A stretch of DNA of 64,000 bases from Octopus vulgaris (Eukaryota): contig OX597836.1 in assembly GCA_951406725.2 (NCBI GenBank), forward strand, positions 1,922,001-1,986,000, in the 5' to 3' direction. The notes beneath the pieces were generated by a model, which was not told the DNA's origin, searched no databases, and saw nothing but the letters and a program-made list of their open reading frames with translations. Position 1 is the first letter of the stretch. The number at the start of each line of letters is the position of its first letter. The position numbers were made by a program, and so were the translations under genes. Positions 28,406 to 39,739 of the stretch are shown here, piece by piece.

Positions 28406-28665
28406 GTTCTCCCTGTCATATTTGTGACAGTGCAAGTGGTTATGTTGCATGTGTCTCGTACTCGGACACCAATTTATATTCACAAATACATTGTAATAGA
28501 CATACTTATATAGACAGATTTATGGTTGCATAAACGTATGGACAAAAAAAGACGGGCGTCCTTTAATTCCCGCGAATGAATGCAGAGAAAAAAGGAATAC
28601 CAACAGGAAGAAAACTAATATATGGAACGAATGTATACATACATACACACACATATACATATATA

Positions 28666-28731
28666 CTCTTTTACTCTCTTTTACTCTTTTACTTGTTTCA
28701 GTCATTTGACTACGGCCATGCTGGAGCACCG

Positions 28732-28735
<4 letters not shown>
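28666..28735 (-). mobile_element. SINE family B 3' end with (GAGTAAAA)n tail
   Basis: Minus strand: aaggcggtgctccagcatggccgtagtcaaatgactgaaacaagtaaaagagtaaaagag. Confidence 0.85.
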
Positions 28736-28799
<64 letters not shown>

Positions 28800-28939
28800 G
28801 TATATATTTCTATATAAGTTTATGTGTGTGTGTGAGTGTGCGTGTGTGTGTGTGTGTGTAGGTTTGAAATTTATGAATATATATATATATATATACACAT
28901 TCGATTGCATACAAGCTGCTACCTGAAAGTGAATTATTT

Positions 28940-29561
28940 ATATTATTTTCTGCTCTGGGACTAATGCCCGAAAATGTTGGTGAAAGGAGCCAGTCGATTA
29001 CATCGACCTCAGTACGCAACTGATACTTAATGTGTCGACTCCGAAAGGATGACAGGCAGAGTTGACCTCGGTGGAATTTGAACTCAGAAGGTAAAGACAC
29101 ATAAAGTACCTCTATGCATTTCGCCCGGTGAGCTAAAATTTCTTATTTCTTTATTGCCCACAAGGGGCTAAACATAGAGGGGACAAACAAGGACATGCAA
29201 AGGGATTAAGTCGATTACATTGACCCCAGTGCGAAACTGGTACTTAATTTATCGATCCCGAAAGGATGAAAGGCAAAGTCGACCTCGGCGGAATTTGAAC
29301 TCAGAACGTAGCGATTAGCGAAATACCTATTTCTTTACTACCCACAAGGCGCTAAACACAGAGAGGACAAACAAGGACAGACAAACGGATTAAGTCGATT
29401 ACATCGACCCCAGCGCATAACTGATGCTTAATTTATCGAGCCCGAAAGGATGAAAGGTACAGTCGACCTCGGCGGAATTTGAACTCAGAATGTAGCGGCA
29501 GACGAAATACTGCTAAGCATTTCGCCCTGCGTGCTAACGTTTCTGCCATCTCGCCGCCTTT
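28940..29561 (-). mobile_element. SINE family A head-to-tail trimer
   Basis: Head aaggcggcgagatggcag at ~29561; three consecutive B-box/body units with junctions near 29326 and 29141; third unit more diverged with a different 3' end. Confidence 0.88.
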
Positions 29562-30236
29562 ATTATTATTGCTTACTTTTCAATCATTTGCTGTTGGCTA
29601 CAAGCTTTAATCGTTTGCTGTCTCCAAGAGCCTGATCAACAATTTATTTGAATGACGCTCTTGTCTTCTCTTCCTCTTAGTATAGCATCAACATTCTCTG
29701 AAGTTACATCATATAGCACCCTACATTTATGTTTAATAATTGTCATTGTCACTCACTATGATTTCCCATTAATTTTTACGGAATTTGAAGCGGTGATATA
29801 TTGTCAATACCGGCCGTAAATCAGGATGCAAAACACGAGGCAGTATCATGTCGTCTGGTGAGATGCAGGTTGTCAATGATATGTCCGCGGTTGTCCTATA
29901 ACTAACACTAATAATTTATGACTGCGTTTCAGATACAAACCAGTACTGTTAACTAGATGTAATAGCGATGCTGCGATTCCATATAACCGGTTTTTTCGGT
30001 TAATAATAGTTTCAGACCTAAAAGATTACTCATCTGGCCTCTCTCTCGTGGACGTATTATAATGGAATAAAATCGCTACCGCCATTATTGTTCTCGCATT
30101 TTCTTCAAAGGTTGATTTAATTATCAGAGTTTTTGAACCAAGTTATGCATTTGTTTATAAAGTTTATTTGATATCGGAAGCAATTCAGGTAATCCGCTGC
30201 CGAGTTTACATAAATAATTCTCTGGAATTATGGTTG

Positions 30237-30443
30237 AAGGTGCATGGCTTAACTGTTAGGGATATTCGGCGCCCGATCGTAAGTCGCGAGTTCAATACCC
30301 GATCACGCGTTACTTTGTTAAGTAAGACACATTATATCACGTCGCTTCAGTTCACCGAGCTACGCCAGGTAAATCGTACCTGGATGTCAAAGGGACAGCT
30401 TTATCACATTCTCTGCTGTGCCGAATCAGCCTGAGAACTACGT
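30237..30443 (+). mobile_element. Degenerate tRNA-derived SINE (family C)
   Basis: aaggtgcatggcttaactgttag...gagttcaatacccg...cttcagttcac; similar to 60877-61015. Confidence 0.6.
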
Positions 30444-30790
30444 TGTCTTTGTTCATTCATTATAAATCTTGAATTATGCTTGCACTGATGATTAAGAGTG
30501 TACCACTGCACTGATTATGAAATCACGGTTATCTGCAGCTAAATTGTTTTTAAGTAACTTGCTTCGAGTGTTGCATTCGGTACGATGTGTTTATTTATTT
30601 TAGTAGTTTTGACTTTAAAAGTCCCTCGTAGCGTGTGGCATTTATGTGTATGAATGCCCTCTATATAATATAAATAAATATATTTAAGTGAAAACATTAG
30701 TGGATTTTTCTCTTATGAAGTTTTTCACGTTGACTATTTGATAAATTCTTATAAAGAATTTATCCTATTTTAAAATCGTATATATAATTA

Positions 30791-31991
30791 CTCAGACTCG
30801 GCATAACAGGAAAAGTAGGTGAGTGGATACATGACTTCCTGAAGGACAGAAGCCAGATGGTTGCAGCCAATGGAGCCCTCTCGGGAAAGACACCAATAGC
30901 AAGCGGGGTGCCACAGGGCACAGTCTTGGGACCCTTGCTGTTTTTGGTGGCGCTCTCTGACATGCCCTTGGTAGCACAAACAACATCCCTCACTAGCTAT
31001 GCTGATGACACAAAGGTAGCACAGGCAATCAAAAACCCAGCTGATGCTGACCTTTTACAACAAGATCTGGATGCCATATACAAATGGGCTGAAGACAACA
31101 ACATGCAATTTAATGCTGATAAATTTCAAGCCTTACAATATCAAGCTGTAAACACATATACATTACAACACAACTATACTGGTCCAGGAGGGATCGAAAT
31201 CCCAGTATCGAAATCAATACGGGACCTGGGGATAGACATGAGTGACGATGCATCTTTTTCTTCACACATCGCGAAGGTGGCGACAATGTGCAGACGACTC
31301 ACTGGCTGGATCCTGAGGACATTCCGGACAAGAGACTGCGAGACCATGTTGACACTATGGAGGACATTTGTCCTAAGCCGCCTGGACTACTGCTCCCAAC
31401 TGTGGTCACCGCATAGTGTCAAACTAACCACAGAGCTTGAGACAATCCAAAGACATTTCACCAAGAGGATTTCCACCATGAAAGAAAAGAACTACTGGGA
31501 GAGGCTTAGGGAACTCAATTTGTACTCCTTGGAACGAAGACGAGAGAGATATGCAGTGATATACATATGGAAAATCCTGGAGGGACTAGCACCAAATTTT
31601 GGAATTGAGAGCTGTTCCAATCCCCGTACAGGACGCCACTGTGTGGTGCCAAAGGTCCCGTCTTCCACATCCAGGGTAAGGAGCAGATACTGTAATAGCC
31701 TGGGGTTCAGGGGCCCTCAGCTTTTCAACAAACTGCCAAGAAAACTAAGAGATCTACATGATGCGGATGTGGACATTTTCAAAAAACATCTAGACAAGCT
31801 GCTTTCCGGGATCCCAGATGAACCCACTGCAAGGTACGAAGGTAACCTAAGGGCAGCAGCTACAAACTCTCTCTTAGATCAGTGGCCAGCCACGGCAAAC
31901 TGGACTTAGAGAGGGTAGCAACAAGGGCGGTGCCCCAGCATGGCCTCAGCCGGATGGCTGAAACAAGTAAAAGAGTAAAAGAGTAAAAGAG

Positions 31992-31993
<2 letters not shown>
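30791..31993 (+). mobile_element. 5'-truncated CR1-group LINE with intact 3' UTR and (GAGTAAAA)n tail
   Basis: Abrupt GC shift; frame begins LGITGKVGEWIHDFL; uninterrupted RT/C-terminal ORF; 3' stem-loop and 8-nt tandem tail. Confidence 0.95.
30857..31909 (+). pseudogene. Non-LTR retrotransposon ORF2 C-terminal half (reverse transcriptase), N-terminally truncated
   Basis: SGVPQGTVLGPLLF, YADDTK, RDLG, SRLDYCSQLWSP and YWERL..LNLYSLERRR motifs; no stops over 350 aa. Confidence 0.95.
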
Positions 31994-32024
<31 letters not shown>

Positions 32025-32035
32025 TATATAGAAGG

Positions 32036-32086
32036 AGCTTCTACAGGACTAGTACTGTTTCATTCAAGAGAAATCTTCAGGAAGCT
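32036..32086 (-). ncRNA. Type-I hammerhead ribozyme motif (minus-strand copy)
   Basis: Reverse complement reads agcttc-CTGAAGA-tttctcttgaat-GAAAcag-tactagtc-ctGTA-gaagct. Confidence 0.75.
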
Positions 32087-32087
32087 G

Positions 32088-32138
32088 AGCTTCCTGAAGA
32101 TTTCTCCTGAATGAAACAGTACTAGTCCTGTAGAAGCT
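32088..32138 (+). ncRNA. Type-I hammerhead ribozyme motif
   Basis: Stem I agcttc/gaagct; core CUGAAGA; stem II (u)ttc/gaa(u); GAA; stem III acag/ctgt with palindromic actagt in the loop; GUA cleavage triplet. Confidence 0.8.
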
Positions 32139-32221
32139 CCTTCTATATAATAAATTAATTTTACTCTGCTATGTATTGAGTACCTTACTTACTGTGGTTA
32201 ACCCCGAATCAACCCGGGACC

Positions 32222-32269
<48 letters not shown>

Positions 32270-32272
<3 letters not shown>

Positions 32273-32465
32273 AGAGTTTACGAAAAAAACAAAATACGAA
32301 GACAGGTGATGTACAAAACAAACAGATGTATTAATATAACGCTTAGGAATAGAAAAAGTCTTTTACGTTTCGAGCCTACACTTTTCTACAGAAAGGGATA
32401 CAGAAAACAAGGAGAGAAACAAGGAGAGAGAAAAATGTTTGTAGTGGCTAACGATCTATCATGAC
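32270..32465 (-). mobile_element. PLE-type 3' fragment adjoining (TA)n
   Basis: Contains an HHR-like motif followed by a pyrimidine-rich tail running into a TA tract; same layout as 48585-48810. Confidence 0.65.
32360..32395 (-). ncRNA. Minimal hammerhead-like motif (variant core)
   Basis: cttt-CTGTAGA-aaagtgtaggctc-GAAAC-GTA-aaag; A6U change and imperfect stem II. Confidence 0.5.
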
Positions 32466-32532
32466 ATGCACACACACACTCATATATATATATATATATA
32501 TAAACATATCTATATATTCACATGTATATATA

Positions 32533-32585
<53 letters not shown>

Positions 32586-33291
32586 GTATATAGATTTGAA
32601 AAAGAGAAGCGCTGATGCAGCTATGTGTCTATATAGATAATAAAAATGTGTATTAAGAGACAAACATACGCACATTCACGAGCGCCTGTCTGTGTATTAC
32701 ACCTATGCACACCCTAATGCATTATTTCAATAATTTTCTCCACGAAGGCAAACTACAACACTGTAATACATAATATACAACAAACAAAGTCAAGAACCAC
32801 ATGAAAGTAAATATGTGCCAGTCTGTGTAATAGAACCATCTGGTATATATCTATATATCTATTAAGAGACAGTAAGCTACCAATTACTAAAAGCAGCAGG
32901 GGCAGATAACTATAATGTGGTTTATTGTCGAGGCAGCCATTGTTTGTCTTTCAAAATTTCCGGTTTAATTTTTCATATTTTAGTTATTATTGTTGGTGTG
33001 GTGATTTTCGTGGTGGTGGTGGTGGTGCTGGTATTGTTATAGCTGTTTCTGGCAATTTCGTTCGTTGTTGTTGTTGCTGCTGCAGTTGTTGTTGTTGTTT
33101 TCGCTGCGTTTATTATTTACTTGTCTGCAGTTCTTTTCGATGACGTCATTTTCTTATCATTTTGCGGCGTTTTGTTTTCGCCATCGTTATACCACCACCA
33201 CCACCACCACCACCACCACCACTTCCACTACTAATACAACTGCTGCTACTATATTGCTACTACAACTACTATTACAAACTACTACTACTGA

Positions 33292-33354
<63 letters not shown>

Positions 33355-33534
33355 TACTACTACTACTACTATTACTACTACTACTACTACTACTACCACT
33401 ACTACTACTACTACTACTACTAGTAATAATAATAATATATCCATATGTGTGTGTATACATGCATATACACACACACATATATATATACATATATAGAGAG
33501 ATTCATAGATAGATCCATAGATATGTATTTATGT

Positions 33535-33748
33535 GTGTGTATTAGTGTTTGTGTTTGTTCTTCCCAACATTGCGTAGAAACCGATGTTGGTATGTTTACG
33601 TCCCCGTTACTTAGCGGTTCGGCAGAAGTTATCGATTGAATAAGCAGCAGGCTTACAAAGAATAAGTCCATGGCTAGGTTTCTTCAGCTAAAAGGAAGTA
33701 CTCCAGCATGGCCACACTCAAATAACTGAAAGAAGTAGAGTAAAAGAG
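33535..33748 (+). mobile_element. SINE family B, 3' half
   Basis: aaccgatgttggtatgtttacgtccccgttacttagcggttcggca...ctccagcatggcc...agtagagtaaaagag. Confidence 0.85.
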
Positions 33749-34228
33749 CAGAGGTCAAAAGAAAAGGTGAGAGAAAAAGGAAAGAAAGAGGAAGAGGAAA
33801 TGAAAAGCAGGAGAGAATATGAAAGACAGTGAAAAAGGGAGTGTCAGTTGTTGATGTAGATATTAAGAGGGGGGTGGGAGATGAATGGGGAGAGGTAGGA
33901 AGGGATAAGAATGTAAGTAATGAATACGTAGGGGGTCTGTGATGAGGTGGGATGATGTGTTAGAACGGGATTAAGGGATGGGTACAGAAAAATGTATGGG
34001 AGTGGGTTTTTCTAAGGTGAGCAGTAAACCACAAAACGGATGGGGAGAATACTGAGAACGGTCAAGTTTCTATAGATAGACTTACGTGTTTATTCTTCTG
34101 GCTAATGTAATAGTGAGGGTAGAAAGAAAGAGGTGCATATCGATATAGGCACGCATACAAGTGTGTGTATATGCAGTGTTATATTGGCTCGCGTACTTGT
34201 GTATTTAAACCGGTACGTATGCAAGCAT

Positions 34229-34275
<47 letters not shown>

Positions 34276-34298
34276 TGTGTATATAGAGAGAGAGAGAC

Positions 34299-34299
<1 letters not shown>

Positions 34300-34370
<71 letters not shown>

Positions 34371-34371
34371 T

Positions 34372-34421
<50 letters not shown>

Positions 34422-34498
34422 GGATGATAGATGGATGATAGATAGATAGATAGATAGATAGATACATAGATAGATAGATTATAGATAGATAGATAGAG

Positions 34499-34580
<82 letters not shown>
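34300..34580. repeat. (GACA)n/(GATA)n microsatellite
   Basis: Directly visible. Confidence 0.95.
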
Positions 34581-34787
34581 GCAAATTTGTTGGTGAAAAT
34601 GCACCTAAATTTGAAAAGCTTGTAATTGAAATATATATATAATGGTGCTGGGCGTCGTGGGGGCGTTGGTTTTGGTGTTTGTAATGGTGGTACCGTTAGT
34701 AATATTAAAAGCAATAATCGTAGCGACTGCAGCAGCGGTAGTAGTATTAGTAATAGTGGTAGACATAGTATTAGTGTTATTATTAAT

Positions 34788-34841
<54 letters not shown>

Positions 34842-35691
34842 CAGAGGCAGCAGCAGCAAGGACCTGTATTCTTTTTACTAGCATTTTTACGGCTAAACAA
34901 TTTCGGTTGCTCATTGGACTGAATTCTGAATTCTGTCGCAATCGTTGTTACTCTCGATATAGTTGCCATTGTTGTTTTGTTGCCGTTGATAAATTTCCAG
35001 TCTCAAACTATGTATGTACGTAAAAGTGTTACATTTATCATCAGCTTAATTACATATGCACACATCGTCATGCAGTCACACACAGACACAGCTTCATATG
35101 CGTGCCTCTACAAGCAACAATGTGGCACAAAATTAGCGAGAATTCAGCGAGGAACAGCTGTTCTGCATCAAAAGCACCTTTCTTGCCTCACGCTCAAAAT
35201 GTGTTCTTAATCTGCACGCCCACGCTGGATCACTTTATCTTTCCGTCTTTATACTTTCATCAACGTTAACCAAACAATCTCAATGCGTTCCTTTAGTCAT
35301 TAACCAAATATTCTTGTTACATTTCTATCGTCGTTCTTCTTGTTGATATTGCTGTTGTCGGTGTCTGTCTTGCTTTGAAAGCGAAATTTTTTTAGCTGTT
35401 GATTTAGCTGAAGACTTTTTTGGATTCTAATATCAGGATGAAATTTCAGAACTAAGCAGATACATCACTTTCCATCCGTGCATACATGTATGCTTACAGG
35501 CATGCAAGCCTGTAACATACATACTGACATTCAGGCATATATGCATACATATATATATATATATATATATACATACATACACACACACATATATATATAT
35601 GTACACATACATACACACATCCATACGTACATACATGCATACATTCATACATATAATATATGCATATATATATATGCATACATATAATACA

Positions 35692-35738
<47 letters not shown>

Positions 35739-35789
35739 GTCCATATGTTCATACAGAAGAAGGTTTGTATTTAATAGATGAACAGGAAA

Positions 35790-37240
35790 ATCAGTTCCCC
35801 AGACACAGAACCTGCGCACCAAGGGTCTCATAATCTCGTCTGTCCAACACAAAGAACGCTACAAGTACCTTGACATTGTTGAAAAGATATCCTAGCAAGG
35901 TACTGTGAATAAAGATAGAGTGACCCAATAATATTACACCAAACCAGGAAAAAATATAACATTCCGAACTCTCCTCTTACAACAACACAATATCCTAAAA
36001 TATAATTGTATTAGCACAGCTGATTCCAATATTTGGGAAGAAATTGCCTCCCTAGACAGTAAAACCCATAATATTTAACATCAACTGGATATCTTCACAA
36101 AATCAGTGATTTTGACAGGTTCAATTTAAGAAGAGACGTTCCGCTTAAGATAAAAAAAGGTAGGGACTTGAGGTTAGTGCAGACAGCCTTTGAATGTCAC
36201 AGTCTCCGAGTGACAGAACTTGCTTAAGAACAGCAGCAAAGACAGTGCCGAAAAGTGAACAAAATAATATCCTAAGTGTTGGAAGTGGGTTCTGCATGAA
36301 CTGTTCCTGATGATCATCCATGCATCGCCAATTCAGCCGGATAGTCATACATTCAAGAAGCCCTGGAAGACCATGCATGGGTATGCTTCTCATAGACTTG
36401 AAGAAGATAGTAATATTGACATGGGCCGAAGCCTCCCTTGGACTCGTGACCGCTACATCACATCACACTTCGAAGATCATGCAATTGCAACCCAAGGTTG
36501 CAGAAGGTTGTTATAAGATACCTAATCAACAAAAGAGACAAGGAAACCAAGATGCAACTGTAAATGTCGATTCTCTCATATTTCTGTGCAAGACATCACA
36601 CATAGTTTTAGCCGCCACCCAAAAATCTCATGACGGTATCACCTCCCTATACGACAAAGCGTTGTTGCAAACACGGTATACTATGCCATTCAAGAAAAGG
36701 ACTGACCTGGAATAAATATAGAGAACGATTCTGTTATTGGGAACGTTGACAAATACCAGCACAAAGAATACTGGTGGAACATTCCAATGAAAACATCTGT
36801 CAGGTGTAAGCATAACAGGTCGGATATTCTTGTTTGGGAAAGACAAGAAAATATATATACGATCGTAGAGGTCAACCTTTCTGCTCATGTTTGAATGTGT
36901 CTTTGAAAATCAAAGAAAAGAATATTACTATGGACAACCGATTCGGAACCTCCAGCTTCTATATCTGGACTACAAATTAACATTTATACTGATAATAATC
37001 GGAGATCTTGATTTTATAAGTAAATCCCTGATTGTCAATTTTGATAAGCATGGATTTACAGAAAAAGTATTCAACCAACTGATTTGCATATTACAAACAC
37101 AATCTCGAAGTCGAACGGTAAAACTACGCAAGACTTTCCTCGGGTTTAACATGTAACATTGGTTTCGTTATCTTCATTCCAAAAATGGTGCTTTGTACGT
37201 TTGTTAGAAACCAGCTCCTGCTTCATGAGAAGAATTTAAA
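35790..37240 (+). mobile_element. Decayed R4/Dong-like non-LTR retrotransposon: RT thumb, Zn-knuckle, restriction-like endonuclease, 3' UTR
   Basis: Manual translation across stops/frameshifts: YKYLDI.E, SELSSYN, KTMHGY, ITSHFE, CRF....QDITH, EYWWNIPMKT, HNRSDILVW, YG..RNLQL, TVKLRKTFLGF*. Confidence 0.85.
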
Positions 37241-38088
37241 TGATTAAATACAGAAACATATATGTATCTATCTATCTATCTATCCATCTCTCTCCCTCTC
37301 TCTATATATATACACACACATATATATATATACATGTATTTACATATACTTACATATATATATATATTTATATATATATATATATATATACATGTAGCAA
37401 CAACGAGGTAGGTGATGGAGCCGGTCGTTGTCTACGATAATTAATGCAAGACAAAGTTCTATGAAGAACACAATTGCTAACGAACACGTGACGCAGATGA
37501 TGCTGATGCTGTTGATCATGAGTGATAGTCGTCGTCGTCGTCGTCGTAGTAGTAGTAGTAGTAATGGTAGTAGTAGTAGTAGTAGTAGCAATGGTAGTAG
37601 TAGCAGTAGTAGAAAAATGTAAAGAGAAGGGTAGGGGAGGAGGAGGGTGTGGAAACATAGAGTATCAGTAGTAGAAAATAAAAAATAAAAAATGAAGGAC
37701 TAATGACTTTCCAAAATTTTAATGACAAACATTACTGATGGGGATAATGACAAATAATGATGGTTTCGGTGATGATGGTGGTTGTGGTGTTACTGTCGGC
37801 GGTGGCGGTGTGGGGGGGGGTACTGCTGCTGCTGCTGCTGCTGTTGATGATGATGATGAGGATGATGATGATGAGGGGGAGGAGGAGGAGAGTGACGGTA
37901 AAAAAGATCAGGATGACGGTACTGAAAATTTCAAGATGTTTACGCTAATTACTTTTCGATAGGAGCACAGGCGTCGCTGTAGTTTGCGTGTGTTGTGAAA
38001 CGCACAGAGAAACCCATTACAAATACACACACACACACACTTACGGACAGACACACACACATGTATGCATAAGTATTCGCACATACAC

Positions 38089-38131
<43 letters not shown>

Positions 38132-39230
38132 CTTGTACACATATATATCCATATGCATGCATATGCAATCTTGTACTATCTATATATATGCATATATATA
38201 TATATATATGTATGTATATATAATATATATATATATGTATGTATATATATGTATATATATAGAGATGTATACACACACACACATACATAAGTATATAGAT
38301 AGATATCTGAGTGTCTGTATCTATCTATCTTTATATATAAATATGTGTGTGTGTATGTATGTTCATGTATGTGTAAGCACACGGATGAAAGACACACATC
38401 CACGCACACTTACGTATATGAAAACGAAAGAACGAAGACACATTTACACACGCACACACACACACACACACACACATACACACACACACACATAGATACA
38501 TATACGTGGAATATATTTACCAGCTGTAATTCAACATGATAAATTACCTGCACTGACTTAATTCCGCCATTCCCTCAGCAAGCGTGCAATAACAACATTG
38601 AAGTTCTTTGTCTTAAACACGTAAATAAAAACCCCTTACAATAAGCGTTTAACACTCTATTTATCTACGCCAACTCAGATACGCACGTGAACGCATTCAT
38701 ACAGACACCATATTCTTTATGTTTTATTACATCTTTTTTCCTTGCAAAAGCCCTCTGTTTGTACAGCAAAATAAACAGATGTGTGCATAGAATAATCTTC
38801 ATCTTTGTTGTCCGCATGATTCATTCGATGGTCGGGGACAGCATTTTCAAACTATAACTTAACGCCTCTACCGTCAGCATATTGGAAGATCCCAGGTGTA
38901 TATAATTAGATTACCTACACGAAAGGAATATATTTTTCTTACTGGGAAAGATACAAAGTATTGCCAGAAACGCACGCAGACCTGGGCGAAATTTATAATT
39001 AATTTCATAGAAAGATTTGCATTTTGTAATTTGCTCGGATATGCTAATATCATTATATTATGTTAAATCTAACTCTTCTTGAATCGATTACATTACTATA
39101 ATCTCAAAATACATTGTACTGCATTTCAGCAGCGGCTAGATAACTAAATAATAATCTCTCTCTCTCTCCATCTCTCTTTATCTCTCTCTCTCTCTCACTA
39201 TGTATGTATGTATGTATGTATGTATGTTTG

Positions 39231-39305
<75 letters not shown>

Positions 39306-39657
39306 ATATATATATATATATATATATAAATATCTGCCTGTCTGTCTAAATAATTAGCTGTATAAATAATAACCAACTAACTCATACACTAATTCATTAA
39401 ATTATTAAGTAAGCAGGTAAATAACTAGTTAACTACATAACTAACCAACCAACTAACCATTTTTATCAGGCAGTTCCAAAGCAGCTGTTCTGGAAATTTC
39501 CACTTAGCCAGATCCCAAAATATCATGGCAGCATTTTAAATATCCAATCAACAAGCATGCAGATTCTGACACATACATCACACATACATGTCAACGTTGA
39601 CGACTCTCTCTCCCTCTTCCCCCCTCTCACCCTCTTCCCCCTCTCTCCCTCAGTCTT

Positions 39658-39739
<82 letters not shown>

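Larger units (their letters stand above)
32019..32224 (+). mobile_element. Fold-back hammerhead mini-element in (TA)n (PLE-type)
   Basis: 68-nt arms 32019-32086 and 32088-32155 (1 mismatch, 1-nt centre) plus ~70-nt tail; flanked by TA tracts. Confidence 0.85.

Noticed and set aside
28940-29561. CRISPR-like repeat array
   Set aside because: Units are ~185-nt SINE bodies without unique spacers; eukaryotic context, no cas genes.
30760-30993. Minus-strand ORFs overlapping the LINE
   Set aside because: Antisense shadows of the RT coding sequence.
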